Part shown: in pieces, positions 7,790-19,079 of the stretch | How positions within the stretch are numbered: the stretch's first letter is position 1 | Layout: each line of letters starts with the position of its first letter | Origin: an uncultured bacterium | GTDB taxonomy: Bacteria; Krumholzibacteriota; Krumholzibacteriia; JACNKJ01 | Reading direction: 5' to 3' | Assembly: GCA_963695095.1 (NCBI GenBank) | Contig: CAVOFT010000001.1 | Coordinates: forward strand, 1,856,001 to 1,920,000 | Length of the DNA stretch: 64,000 bases | Made by a program: the position numbers and the translations under genes | Notes under the pieces: generated by a model | Told to the model about the DNA's origin: nothing | Seen by the model: the letters and a program-made list of their open reading frames with translations, nothing else | Database searches by the model: none

Positions 7790-9162
7790 ACCACTCGATC
7801 CTCATCGTCGACGACGAGCAGACCCTGCGCTGGTCCCTGGGCGAGGCCCTGCGCGATACCTACCGCGTCCTGGAGGCCGAGGACGGCCCCAGCGGCCTGG
7901 CGCGCCTGCGCGAGGAGGAACCCGATCTGGTGCTCCTGGACGGTCGTCTGCCGGGCCTGGCCGGCATCGACCTGCTCGAGCAAGCCCGCAGCGAGGGCTA
8001 CGAGGGCCAGGTGATCATGATGACGGCCTACGGCGAGCTCGAGACGGCCGTGCGGGCCATGAAGCTCGGGGCCTACGACTTCGTCAGCAAGCCCTTCTCC
8101 CTCGAGAAGATGAAGAAGAGCATCGAGAACGCCCTCGAAGCCAAGCAGCTCCGGCGCGCCAACCAGCACTGGGAGGAGACCCAGCGCAAGGGCGATCCCT
8201 TCATCGGCTTCGTGGGCAAGAGCCCGCGCATGCAGGAGCTCTTCGAGAAGATCCGCAAGATCGGCGCCAGCCAGGCCTCGACGGTGCTCATCCAGGGCGA
8301 GAGCGGGGCGGGCAAGGAGCTGGTGGCGCGGGCCATCCATCGGGCGACCCTCGGCGTCAGCGGCCCGGTGGTGGAGATCAACTGCGCGGCGATCCCGGAG
8401 ACCCTGCTCGAGAGCGAGCTGTTCGGCCACGAGAAGGGGGCTTTCACCGATGCCAAGAACCGGAAGAAGGGCCTCATCGAAGCGGCGATGGGCGGCACGC
8501 TCTTTCTCGACGAGATCGGCGAGATGGGGCTGCAACTGCAGGCGCGCCTGCTGCGCGTGCTCGAGAACCGCACCTTTCGCCGCGTCGGCGGTCTCGAGGA
8601 CCTGCAGGTGAAGGCGCGCATCGTGGCCGCCACCAACAAGGATCTCATGCAGGAGGCGGCCGCCGGCCGCTTCCGCAGCGATCTCTACTTCCGCCTCGGC
8701 GTCATCGTGCTCGAGGTGCCGCCGCTGCGGGAGCGGCCGGAGGATATCGCGCCCTTGGTGAACTTCTTCATCGAGCGTTTCAACCGCGAGCTGGGCAAGA
8801 GCGTGGCGCCGGCGAGCCCCGAGCTGCTTGCCGAACTTGCGGCGTACTCCTGGCCGGGCAACATCCGCGAGCTGAAGAATCTCATCGAGCGCGTGCTGCT
8901 GCTGGAGACGACAGGCGCCATTCGCAGCGAACATCTGCCGGCCGGCTTCAGGCGGTCCGGTGAAGTCGCGCTCGCTCCGGGAGCGCCCTTCCATCCCGAG
9001 CCGATCGCCGCCGTAGAGCTGCGCCACATCCAGCGCACGCTCGAGTACACGCAGGGCAACAAGAGCCGTGCGGCGCAGCTGCTCGGGATCAGCCGCCAGA
9101 CCCTGCGCGAGAAGCTCAAGCAAGGGGCGCCGGCTGCCAAGGCGGCCAGCGCCGCTGGCTGA
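7786..9162 (+). CDS. Sigma54-dependent response regulator (NtrC/AtoC family)
   Basis: ILIVDDE, DLVLLD, GESGAGKE, ESELFGHEKGAFTDA, LFLDEIGE, WPGNIREL, Fis HTH; GTG overlaps the kinase stop. Confidence 0.95.
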   Translation: MNHSILIVDDEQTLRWSLGEALRDTYRVLEAEDGPSGLARLREEEPDLVLLDGRLPGLAGIDLLEQARSEGYEGQVIMMTAYGELETAVRAMKLGAYDFVSKPFSLEKMKKSIENALEAKQLRRANQHWEETQRKGDPFIGFVGKSPRMQELFEKIRKIGASQASTVLIQGESGAGKELVARAIHRATLGVSGPVVEINCAAIPETLLESELFGHEKGAFTDAKNRKKGLIEAAMGGTLFLDEIGEMGLQLQARLLRVLENRTFRRVGGLEDLQVKARIVAATNKDLMQEAAAGRFRSDLYFRLGVIVLEVPPLRERPEDIAPLVNFFIERFNRELGKSVAPASPELLAELAAYSWPGNIRELKNLIERVLLLETTGAIRSEHLPAGFRRSGEVALAPGAPFHPEPIAAVELRHIQRTLEYTQGNKSRAAQLLGISRQTLREKLKQGAPAAKAASAAG

Positions 9163-9335
9163 AAAGGGACCAGCGTCGCGGTCAGGATCTGAGCCGCAGG
9201 TCTGCCCGCAGCCCCGCCGGGTGGCTGGGCGGGGTCGGCAGCTGCCCTGGCCCACCATGAACTAACTCCATCGATGATACGGCCTTGCGCGCTTACGGCG
9301 CCAGCGGCCGCGCGCTCCCCCGGCAGATTCGGCCG

Positions 9336-9350
9336 AGGCATGGAACTTGT
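9336..9350 (+). promoter_or_regulatory. Candidate sigma54 promoter of the TPR-to-basal-body operon
   Basis: AGGCATGGAACTTGT: GG-N10-GT (variant -12), ~30 nt before ATG 9382. Confidence 0.5.
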
Positions 9351-9381
9351 TTTCCAGCCGGCGGAAGGGGGAAGCTGCCCG

Positions 9382-10365
9382 ATGAAGCCCTTGATGCCCA
9401 TCCTCGCCGTGTCGGCTCTGATGCTGGCCAGCACGCTCGCGGCGACGCCGCGCGCCACGGCCCCTGCTGCGTCGCCGCCCGCCGTCGGCAACGCGGGCGG
9501 CGATTCGATCGCCCGGGCCATCACCATCCTGCTGCCCGAGCTGGAGGCCCGCGTCGGGCATCTGGACGGCAGCGCGGGTAGCCAGGACATGGCCGCGATG
9601 CTCAGCGTCGCCCGCGGCTACAAGGAGCTTGGCCTCTACGACCGGGCGACCGCCTGGTACGAGCGGCTCGAGAACCTGGAGGATGCCGAGCTCTTCGCCG
9701 ATGCCATCTTCAACGGCCGGCTCGAAATCGCCATGCGAGATGCGAGCAGCGAGGCTCTGAGCGCTGTCATCGCCAACTACTCCGATCACGTGGCCGAACC
9801 CGACGCTACCCTGCTCTCGCGCGCCCTCACGGCGGTCGGCCGGCGCGGCGACTGGGAAGCGGTGGGCCGCCTGCTCGAGGCCAGTCTCCCTCTCTACCGC
9901 GAGCTGGTGCCGGCGGATCTCGTCTATCTCCAGGGCCGGGTCTATCGGCGCGAGAATCGACTCAGCGAGGCCGTCGCCCACTTCGAGCGCCAGCTCACGG
10001 CGATGCAGGAGCCCGCTGCCGTGCACCCGACGCTGCTGGCGCAGCGCGGCCGCTTCCTGCGCGGAGCCGCCGACTGCTCCTTCCTGATGAACGACCAGCT
10101 GCGCGCCCGTGACTTCTACGAGCGCCTGATCGCCGAAGGGGACGTCCACGAGCAGGAATGGGGGCGTTTCCAGATCGCCCAGATCGACATGCTGGCAAAC
10201 GACTACGCCCGGGCGGAGCGCAGCTTCCGCCAGATCGCGGCTGACAGCCTCGGCACTCTACCCGAGCTCTGGGCAGCCTCGCTCGCCGAACACTGCGTCG
10301 CCATGGGCGCGCAGCGTGCCACCTTCGCTGCGGCCGGTGCGACGGCGCCGACCGGTCTCGACTAG
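9382..10365 (+). CDS. Exported TPR-like helical repeat protein
   Basis: Signal peptide MKPLMPILAVSALMLASTLAA; TPR-like units ARGYKELGLYDRATAWYERL, YLQGRVYRRENRLSEAVAHFER, FQIAQIDMLANDYARAERSFRQI. Confidence 0.75.
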   Translation: MKPLMPILAVSALMLASTLAATPRATAPAASPPAVGNAGGDSIARAITILLPELEARVGHLDGSAGSQDMAAMLSVARGYKELGLYDRATAWYERLENLEDAELFADAIFNGRLEIAMRDASSEALSAVIANYSDHVAEPDATLLSRALTAVGRRGDWEAVGRLLEASLPLYRELVPADLVYLQGRVYRRENRLSEAVAHFERQLTAMQEPAAVHPTLLAQRGRFLRGAADCSFLMNDQLRARDFYERLIAEGDVHEQEWGRFQIAQIDMLANDYARAERSFRQIAADSLGTLPELWAASLAEHCVAMGAQRATFAAAGATAPTGLD

Positions 10366-10373
10366 GAGTGAGT

Positions 10374-10799
10374 ATGGAGGGAACCCTGCGCCGGCTGATC
10401 GATGTCTACTGGCGCGAGCTTGCACTGTACCGGCAGGTGCGTGAGCACGTCGCGCGGCAGCGCGAGCTGATCGAAGCGGGCTGCAGCTACAGCGAGATCA
10501 ATGCCGAGCTGAGCCGCAAGCGCGAATTGCTGATGGCCGTCGAGAGCCTGGAGGCGAGCATCCGCGACGAGCGCGAGCTCTGGCGGCGGCATCGGCATCG
10601 GCTGGACAGCGGTCTGGCGACGACCCTGATGGCCTTGCTCGTCGAGGTCACGTCTCTCGTCGAGACGATCCTCGCCGAGGAGCGTCAAAACGAAATCCTG
10701 CTCACCAGCCGCCGGCGCCATGGCCTGCAAGCGCCGGTGGATGCCCGGCGGGCGGCCGCCAGCTACCGCAGCCACAGCGGCAACGAGGAGCGGCGATGA
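10374..10799 (+). CDS. Helical FlgN/FliT-like putative export chaperone
   Basis: ELALYRQV..QRELIEAG..KRELLMAVESLE..ILAEERQNEILL pattern; RBS TAGGAG. Confidence 0.55.
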   Translation: MEGTLRRLIDVYWRELALYRQVREHVARQRELIEAGCSYSEINAELSRKRELLMAVESLEASIRDERELWRRHRHRLDSGLATTLMALLVEVTSLVETILAEERQNEILLTSRRRHGLQAPVDARRAAASYRSHSGNEERR

Positions 10800-11505
10800 G
10801 GGCTGCCACCGCCGTCGCCACCCAGCAGGCGGCCGATCCGACGGCGGCCGTGGGTCGCTTCCTGGCCGGCTTCGCGCACCGCTTGCGCAGTCCCCTGACG
10901 GGGCTGCGCGGCTACGGAGAGCTGGCCGAACACGAAGAGGATCGGGCGCGGCGCGCCTACTGGCACCAGCAGCTCCAGGGCGGGCTGGATGCCATCGACC
11001 TCCTGCTCGAAGGCTGTCGTCGCTATCAGCTGCCCGAGCGCTTGGAGCGGCAGCAGGTCCCGGCGCCGGCGCTCATCGAGGAGGCCTGGCGCCTGGCCTG
11101 CCGCGTCACGCCGGGCGCCGCCGGTCGGGGCCTGCGCTTCGAGGCCGACCTGCCGGCGTCGCTGGTCTGGTGGGTCGATCCCTTCCACTACCGGAATCTG
11201 CTGGTCAACCTGCTGCAGAACGCGCTCGACGCCAGTCCGGCGGGGGGCGCCATCCGGGTTACCGCCGGCGGCGAGGCGATTCTCGCCATCGAGGACGAGG
11301 GCGGCGGTCTCGGCGATCTCGCCCCGGAGACCATCGTGCAACCCTTCTTCACCACGCGCGCCGATCGGGCCGGCCTCGGCCTGACCGTTGCGCGCCGCAT
11401 CGCGAGCGAGCATGGCCATGCCCTCGCCTGGCGGGCGCGTCCCGCCGGCGGGCTGGCCACGCTCATCTTGGCCGATCAGCCGTCCCCGCAGCAAAGGAGC
11501 TCACG

Positions 11506-11509
<4 letters not shown>
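10796..11509 (+). CDS. Histidine kinase core with no sensor domain
   Basis: FAHRLRSPL at about residue 26; LVNLLQNALDA; IEDEGGG; QPFFTT; AGLGL; 237 aa. Confidence 0.85.
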
Positions 11510-12897
<1,388 letters not shown>

Positions 12898-12904
12898 GAG
12901 CGAG

Positions 12905-13267
12905 ATGGCGAAGAACATCTACAGCGAAGGCAACCTCGACGTCATCAAGCGCAGCCTGGATGCCTATGCGCTGCGCCAGCGAGTGATCGCCGAGAACGTG
13001 GCCCACGTGGAGACACCGGGCTATCGCGCGCGCAGTGTCGACTTCGAGCGCGAGTTGGCCGAGGCCATGGCCCGCGGCGGTCACACGCTGCCTGAGCCGC
13101 GCGTGAGCGACCGCTCGCCGCTGAGCGGCGACAACGGCATCAACGACGTCGATCTCGAACAGGAGATGGCTGCGCTGGCGGAAACAAACCTGCGCCACAA
13201 GCTGGCCTCGCGGATCCTGTCGATCCGCTACCAGCTCTTGCGCAGCGCCATTCGTGGCCGCGGCTAG
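12905..13267 (+). CDS. flgB: Basal-body rod protein
   Basis: LRQRVIAENVAHVETPGYRARSVDF; NDVDLEQEM. Confidence 0.93.
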   Translation: MAKNIYSEGNLDVIKRSLDAYALRQRVIAENVAHVETPGYRARSVDFERELAEAMARGGHTLPEPRVSDRSPLSGDNGINDVDLEQEMAALAETNLRHKLASRILSIRYQLLRSAIRGRG

Positions 13268-13277
13268 GAGGTAGGAC

Positions 13278-13751
13278 ATGCCGGAGGGAATCTTCAGCAG
13301 TTTCAAGGTGAGCGCCATGGGCCTCAAGGCGCAGCGTCTTCGTCTGGACGTGGCGGCCGAAAACCTCGCTAACGCCGAGACGACACGGACGCCCGAAGGC
13401 GGGCCCTACCGCGCGAAGACCGTGGTGTTCACGGCGCGCCAGGAGCGGCCGCCCTTCGTGCAGCCCTTCGCGAATCTGCTCGCCGATGCGACGGGCCTCG
13501 CTGGCCTCGGCGGCGCCGAGCGCCGGCTGGGGCCGGAGCTCGTGGCCAGCGTCGCCTCTGTGAGTGAGCCCTTCAGCAGCGAGTACGCGCCGGACCATCC
13601 GGACGCGGACGCGCGCGGGGTCCTGCTCAAGCCCAACGTCGATCCGATCGCGGAAATGCTCAACCTGATCAAGGCCACGCGAGCCTACGAGGCGAATGCG
13701 ACCGCGCTGGATGCTGCCAAGGACATGATCAACCGGGCGATCGACCTGTAA
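13278..13751 (+). CDS. flgC: Basal-body rod protein
   Basis: AQRLRLDVAAENLANAETTRTPEGGPYR; PDHPDAD..PNVDPIAEM..RAYEAN. Confidence 0.97.
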   Translation: MPEGIFSSFKVSAMGLKAQRLRLDVAAENLANAETTRTPEGGPYRAKTVVFTARQERPPFVQPFANLLADATGLAGLGGAERRLGPELVASVASVSEPFSSEYAPDHPDADARGVLLKPNVDPIAEMLNLIKATRAYEANATALDAAKDMINRAIDL

Positions 13752-13761
13752 GGAGTGACCG

Positions 13762-14064
13762 ATGAAGGAAGTCAATCTGAGGCCCCTGGTCACCCACAAC
13801 CTGCTCAAGACCTACGGCCGCGAAGCGACGCCGGCGGCGCCGGGCAGCAGCTTTGGCGCGCTGCTGGCAGCGAGCCTCGAGCAGACGGGCGCCGCGCACC
13901 AGCGGGCGGCGGCCACGATACCGGCTTCCGTGCTGGACCAGGGCATCGACGTCCACCAAGTGATGATCGCGCAGGAAGAAGCCAGCATAACCTTCGAACT
14001 GCTCATGGAAGTGCGCAACAAGCTGATGGAAGGCTATCAGCAGCTCATGCAGATGCAGGTCTAG
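13762..14064 (+). CDS. fliE: Hook-basal body protein
   Basis: DVHQVMIAQEEASITFELLMEVRNKLMEGYQQLMQMQV. Confidence 0.95.
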   Translation: MKEVNLRPLVTHNLLKTYGREATPAAPGSSFGALLAASLEQTGAAHQRAAATIPASVLDQGIDVHQVMIAQEEASITFELLMEVRNKLMEGYQQLMQMQV

Positions 14065-14088
14065 CGGTAGCGAAAGGCGGAGACGGCA

Positions 14089-15591
14089 ATGGCGAGTACA
14101 CTGGGAAGATTGCGGGAGCTATGGGGCTTGCTGGGCACGAGCCAGCGGGTGCTCTTCCTCTCGCTGGCGGGAGCCGTTCTCGCCACCCTGCTCATCTTCT
14201 TCACGTGGCTCGGGCGGGAGCAGTTCACGCTGCTCTACAGCAATCTCGGTCCGGAGGAGAGCTCGCGGGTGATCGAGCTGCTGCAGAAGAAGAACGTCGA
14301 CTACCGGGTGACGAACGGCGGCGACGGCCTGATGGTGCCGGCCAGCCGGATCGGGGAGCTGAAGGTGGCTCTGGCCGGCGAGGGCCTGCCCACGGGGGGC
14401 ATCAGCGGCTACGAGCTCTTCGACGACCAGGGGCTGGGGGTGAGCGAGTTCACCCAGAATCTCAACTACAGGCGGGCGCTGGAGGGCGAACTGGCCAGGA
14501 GCATCATGACGATCACGTCCGTTGAGAAGGCGCGCGTGCATCTCGTGCTGCCCAAGCCGGCCCTCTTCAAGTCCGAACGCCAGGAACCACGCGCCAGCGT
14601 GGTTCTCAATCTCGCCCGCCCCGGCGCGCTGCGCGGGGACCAAGTCGAGGCGATTCAGCGCCTGGTGTCCGGCAGCGTGGAATCGCTGGCGCCGGAGCAG
14701 GTGACCATTCTGGATAGCTTCGGTAGCCTGCTCTCCCGCGACGGCACGAACGACGTCGCCGGGCTGAGCTCCGCGCAACTCGAGATCAAGGAAGAGGTGG
14801 AAGTCTACCTCGCCCGCAAGGCGCAGAGCACCTTGGAGAGCGTGCTCGGCGCGGGAGCCGCCCTGGTGCGCGTTAACGCCGACCTCGACTTCGAGAAGGT
14901 GGAGCGCACGCGCGAGGTAGTCGACCCGGAGACCTCGGCGGTGGTCAACGAGCAGCGCAGCCAGAGCCTGCGCGAGAGCGACGGCGAGAGCACGGAGAGC
15001 TCGACGACGCAGTACCAGTTCAACCGCATGGTGGAGAACATCGTCGGCGCCACCGGCGGCGTGCGCAAGCTGACCGTGGCCGTGCTCATTGACGGCATCT
15101 ACAGCACGGGCGCCGACGGCGCCAGCCAGTACGCGCCCCGCAGTGCCCAGGAGCTGGAAGGCTACCGGAAGATCGTGGAGAACATCGTCGGTCTGGACAG
15201 CGCGCGGGGCGACAAGATCGAACTGCTCAACGTGCGCTTCCAGGAGAACCTGCCGCTGGCGACAGGCGGCATCGGCGTGTGGATGCAGTACGGCCCGCAG
15301 ATCGTCAAAGGCCTGCTCGTGGTGCTGGCGCTCGTGTTCTTGATGCTGACCTTCCGGCGCCTGAGCGGCCAGCTGGTGGCGGGCCTGGCGACGGCGGGCC
15401 GCAGCGGTCGCGACAGCGGGCGGCATCTGGATGCCGCGGGGTTCGCGCTGGGGGAGCGCGAGGCCGCCGCGAGCGTGGAGGGCGCGGCAACGCGGGCGCT
15501 CGAGATGGAGGAGCAAGCGCGCGCGCTGGCTCTGGAGAAGCCGGAGGACATCGCCCAACTGGTGCGCACCTGGATGCACGCGAGGAGCTAA
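14089..15591 (+). CDS. fliF: MS-ring protein
   Basis: Two TM helices; GYELFD..SEFTQNLNYRRALEGELARSI; ARVHLVLPK; LVRTW. Confidence 0.97.
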   Translation: MASTLGRLRELWGLLGTSQRVLFLSLAGAVLATLLIFFTWLGREQFTLLYSNLGPEESSRVIELLQKKNVDYRVTNGGDGLMVPASRIGELKVALAGEGLPTGGISGYELFDDQGLGVSEFTQNLNYRRALEGELARSIMTITSVEKARVHLVLPKPALFKSERQEPRASVVLNLARPGALRGDQVEAIQRLVSGSVESLAPEQVTILDSFGSLLSRDGTNDVAGLSSAQLEIKEEVEVYLARKAQSTLESVLGAGAALVRVNADLDFEKVERTREVVDPETSAVVNEQRSQSLRESDGESTESSTTQYQFNRMVENIVGATGGVRKLTVAVLIDGIYSTGADGASQYAPRSAQELEGYRKIVENIVGLDSARGDKIELLNVRFQENLPLATGGIGVWMQYGPQIVKGLLVVLALVFLMLTFRRLSGQLVAGLATAGRSGRDSGRHLDAAGFALGEREAAASVEGAATRALEMEEQARALALEKPEDIAQLVRTWMHARS

Positions 15592-15594
15592 GCC

Positions 15595-16671
15595 ATGAGC
15601 AAGACCGCGAAAATGCCGACGGCGGCCCCTGAAAGCGCGCCCGCGCCCGCGGCGGGCACGGACAGCCCGGAGCACAGCGGCGTCACGCGCGCTGCGATGC
15701 TGATGATCGCCCTCGGCAAAGAGGCGGCGTCCGAGATCACGCGGCACCTCGGCGACGAGGAACTGGCGGCGCTCTCGGTCGAGATCATGGCGCTGGGCAG
15801 CATCTCACCCGAGATGAAGCGCAGCGTGCTGCGCGACTTCGCGGAGATGGCGCAGGGTGGCGACTACCTCTTGCAGGGCGGCGAGGAGTACGCCCGCGAG
15901 ATGCTCGTCGGCAGTCTCGGCGAACGCAGGGCGAAGGCGATCCTCGGCCGCTTTCGCGGCGGCGGCGACAGCAACTACTTCGGGCTGATCAACAATGTCG
16001 ATCCCCCGAGCATCGCCAATTTCCTCAAGAAGGAGCATCCGCAGACGATCGCCCTCGTCCTCAGCACCTTGCCCACCGGCCAGGCGGGACAGATCCTCGC
16101 CAATCTGCCCGAAGCCGTGCGCACCACCATCGCCTACCGGATGGCGACCATCGAACGCCCAAGTCCGGAGGTGATCGCCGAGATCCAGGCGGTGCTCGGC
16201 GACTACGTGCTGACGGACGTGCCGGACATCGGGGTCAAGTTCGGCGGCACCACGCACGTCGCGGAGACCTTCAACGAGATCGACCAGGCCGTCTGGAAGA
16301 GCATTCTCGAGGGCATCGAGGACGTCGACCAGGCCGTGGCGCAGGACATCAAGAACCAGATGTTCACCTTCGGGGATCTCGTCCTGCTGGACAACAAGTC
16401 GATCCAGGCCGTGATGAAGGAGGTGGACAGCAAGGACCTCGCGCTCGCCCTCAAGGGTGCGACGAACGAGGTGCGCGGGCTCATCTTCGCCAACATGTCC
16501 AAGCGCGCGGCCACGGCCGTCCGCGAGGAGATGGACTACATGGGCGCCGTGCGCGTGAGCGAGGTGGAAGGCGCCCAGTCGCGGATCATCGACGTCCTGC
16601 GCAATCTGGAGGCCGAGGGCGCCATCTACATCGCCGGCCGCGGGGGCAAGGAGGGTGGCCTCATTGAGTGA
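15595..16671 (+). CDS. fliG: Motor switch protein
   Basis: KEHPQTIALVLS; MFTFGDL; LALALKGA..NMSKRAA..VRVSEVEGAQ. Confidence 0.97.
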   Translation: MSKTAKMPTAAPESAPAPAAGTDSPEHSGVTRAAMLMIALGKEAASEITRHLGDEELAALSVEIMALGSISPEMKRSVLRDFAEMAQGGDYLLQGGEEYAREMLVGSLGERRAKAILGRFRGGGDSNYFGLINNVDPPSIANFLKKEHPQTIALVLSTLPTGQAGQILANLPEAVRTTIAYRMATIERPSPEVIAEIQAVLGDYVLTDVPDIGVKFGGTTHVAETFNEIDQAVWKSILEGIEDVDQAVAQDIKNQMFTFGDLVLLDNKSIQAVMKEVDSKDLALALKGATNEVRGLIFANMSKRAATAVREEMDYMGAVRVSEVEGAQSRIIDVLRNLEAEGAIYIAGRGGKEGGLIE

Positions 16672-17299
16672 AGTCGCCGCCGAGCGCCTCTACCTGGAGG
16701 ACTTCGCCCGCCATGGCGTGGACGCCGAGCTGGCGCACTGGGAGCGTCAGGAAGCCTTCGGCGACATCCGCGCGCGCATCCTGGCAGAAGGGCACGCGCA
16801 GGGCCGGCGGGAGGCGGCGGCGGTGGCCGCGGCCGAGCGGGAGGCGCTGATCAGCGGTCCCCTGGCGGCCCTGGACCGCCTGGTCGCCGGCCTCGGCGCC
16901 GAACGCGTCGCCTTCCAGCGCGAGCACGAGCGCGAACTGCTGCGGCTCGCATTCGCCATCGCCCACCGCCTGCTGCGGGCCGAGCTGCGCAGCAACCCGG
17001 CCGTGCTGGAGGGCAAGCTGCGCGAGTTGCTGGCGCAGCTCGAGGAGGCGGCGGCCTACCGCGTCCTCGTCAATCCTGCCGATCTGGTTGCTGCGAGCGC
17101 GCTGCTGGCCGCCGAAGGGAGGACGCTGTTCGGCGAGTCGCCCTGGGTGCTCAAGCCGGATCCGCGCCTGCCCGCGGGAGCGATCGCCCTGGAAGGGGAC
17201 GCGGCGCGGCTGGAGTCCATCTGCAGCGACGAACTCACCAAGCTGGAGCAACAGCTCGAAGCGGATCTGCTCGCAGCGGAGGCCGAACATGGCGCTTGA
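16664..17299 (+). CDS. fliH: Flagellar assembly protein
   Basis: Between fliG and fliI; EGHAQG; LAFAIAHRLL; VLVNPAD; PDPRLPAGA; start TTG 16664 or GTG 16655. Confidence 0.85.
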   Translation: MSEVAAERLYLEDFARHGVDAELAHWERQEAFGDIRARILAEGHAQGRREAAAVAAAEREALISGPLAALDRLVAGLGAERVAFQREHERELLRLAFAIAHRLLRAELRSNPAVLEGKLRELLAQLEEAAAYRVLVNPADLVAASALLAAEGRTLFGESPWVLKPDPRLPAGAIALEGDAARLESICSDELTKLEQQLEADLLAAEAEHGA

Positions 17300-18602
17300 T
17301 CTGCAGCGGGCCGTGGCCAGCGTGGCGACCAGCGATCCCCTGCGGCGGGTCGGCCGGGTCAGCCGGGTAGTCGGCCTTCTGATCGAGGCCGCCGGCGCGC
17401 CGGCGTCGGTGGGGGAACTTTGCCGCATCGAGACGAGTGGCGGCTTCCTGCCGGCCGAGGTCGTCGGCTTCCAGGACGGCCGCCTGCTGTTGATGCCGTA
17501 CCGGGCCATTGCCGGCGTGCGTCCCGGCGACCGCGTGCTGCCCAGCGGCCGCTCCCTGCGGGTGGGTGTGGGGGAAGGCCTGATCGGGCGGGTCCTGGAT
17601 GGCCTGGGGCGGGTAATCGACGGCGGCGAGCCGCCCTGGTTGCGCGAGGAGCGCAGCGTGCAGGCGCTGGCGCCGGCGGCGCTCTCGCGGCGGCCGATCA
17701 GCGCGCAGCTCATCACCGGCATTCGGGCCATCGACGGGTTGCTCGGCCTCGGCGAAGGGCAGCGGCTCGGCATCTTCGCCGGCAGCGGGGTGGGCAAGAG
17801 CGTCCTGCTCGGCATGCTGGCGCGCCGCGCCGAAGCGGACGTCATCGTGCTCGCCTTGATCGGCGAGCGCGGGCGCGAAGTGGGGGAGTTCCTCGCCCAG
17901 GATCTCGGCGAGGAGGGCCGGGCGCGCTCGGTGGTGATCGCCGTGACCAGCGACGCCTCGGCCCTGGAGAAGATCAAGGGCGCCGAGCTCGCCTTCGCCG
18001 TCGCCGAGCACTTCCGCGATCGCGGCCAGCGCGTACTGCTGATGATGGACTCGCTGACCCGCTACGCGATGGCCCTGCGCGAGATCGGCCTGGCCACCGG
18101 CGAACCGCCGGCCAGCAAGGGCTACACGCCCAGCGTGTTCGCTGCCTTGCCGCGCCTGCTCGAGCGCGCAGGGAGCGCCGCGCGCGGCACGATCACCGGG
18201 CTCTTCACGGTGCTGGTCGAGGGCGATGACATGGGCGACCCGGTGGCCGATACCGCGCGCTCCATTCTCGACGGCCACATCCTGCTCAGCCGCCGCCTGG
18301 CGACGGGCGGGCATTACCCGGCCATCGACGTGCTGGAGTCCGTCAGCCGCCTCTTCAGCGCCGTCGTGCCGGCGGCCGAGCTGGAGCAGGCGCGCAGCCT
18401 GATGGCGGCCATGGCGCTCTATCGCGAGAATGAAGACCTCATCCAGATCGGCGCCTATCCGGCCGGCAGCAGCGCCGAGATCGATCGGGCGATCGCCCTG
18501 CGTCCCGGCTGGCAGCAGTTCCTGCGGCAGGGCCGCGATGAGCACAGCGACCTGGCTAGCACGCGCCGCACGCTCGCCGCTCTGCTGGCGGCAGGCGCCT
18601 GA
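17289..18602 (+). CDS. fliI: Flagellar export ATPase
   Basis: GQRLGIFAGSGVGKS; IGERGREV; MDSLTRYAMA; GHYPAIDVLESVSR. Confidence 0.97.
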   Translation: MALDLQRAVASVATSDPLRRVGRVSRVVGLLIEAAGAPASVGELCRIETSGGFLPAEVVGFQDGRLLLMPYRAIAGVRPGDRVLPSGRSLRVGVGEGLIGRVLDGLGRVIDGGEPPWLREERSVQALAPAALSRRPISAQLITGIRAIDGLLGLGEGQRLGIFAGSGVGKSVLLGMLARRAEADVIVLALIGERGREVGEFLAQDLGEEGRARSVVIAVTSDASALEKIKGAELAFAVAEHFRDRGQRVLLMMDSLTRYAMALREIGLATGEPPASKGYTPSVFAALPRLLERAGSAARGTITGLFTVLVEGDDMGDPVADTARSILDGHILLSRRLATGGHYPAIDVLESVSRLFSAVVPAAELEQARSLMAAMALYRENEDLIQIGAYPAGSSAEIDRAIALRPGWQQFLRQGRDEHSDLASTRRTLAALLAAGA

Positions 18603-19075
18603 TGGCGCCTTTCCGGTTTCGGCTCGAGACGCTGCTGCGCCTGCGCGTACGCGCGGAGCAGGAGGCGGCGCGGGCCGCTGCGCGCTGCGAGCAGCTCCTG
18701 CGCCAGGCCCTCGGCGAGCGCGACGCGCTCCTCGCCGCGCGCCACCAGCTGCTCCTGTACCGCGACGGCCTGCAGCTTCATCGCGTCGAGCCGGCCCGGC
18801 TGCGCGAGAACCACTATCAGATCGTTGCCGTCGAGCGGGCCTTGCCCGGCGCGGACCGGCGCCTGGCCGGCCGGCAGCGCGAGCTGCAGGCTGCGCGCTC
18901 CGAGCTGACGGAGCGCAGCCGCGACCGCAAGCTCCTGGAGAAGCTCGCCGAACGGCAGCTGGCGGAGCAGCGAGCACTGGAGGCGGGGCGCGAGCGGCGG
19001 CTGCAGGACGAACGTCCCCTGCCGAGGCATGGCATGGCGATTGCGTTGCGCGCCCTGAGCGCGGACGGAAGGTGA
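18602..19075 (+). CDS. fliJ: Flagellar export protein
   Basis: FRFRLETLLRLR N-term; RDRKLLEKL..ERRLQDE; follows fliI. Confidence 0.88.
   Translation: MAPFRFRLETLLRLRVRAEQEAARAAARCEQLLRQALGERDALLAARHQLLLYRDGLQLHRVEPARLRENHYQIVAVERALPGADRRLAGRQRELQAARSELTERSRDRKLLEKLAERQLAEQRALEAGRERRLQDERPLPRHGMAIALRALSADGR
19030..19045 (+). promoter_or_regulatory. Sigma54 promoter inside the 3' end of fliJ, upstream of motE-fliK-flgD-flgE
   Basis: TGGCATGGCGATTGCG, near-perfect TGGCAY-N5-TTGC. Confidence 0.75.
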
Positions 19076-19079
19076 CACT

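Noticed and set aside
9211..9235. GC hairpin after the first activator as a terminator
   Set aside because: No U-tract; such stems arise easily at this GC content
15589..15597. In-frame stop-then-start junctions (fliF/fliG, fliD/fliS, argF/next gene) as read-through or TAG recoding
   Set aside because: Each protein ends and begins where homologs do; in-frame spacing occurs by chance a third of the time
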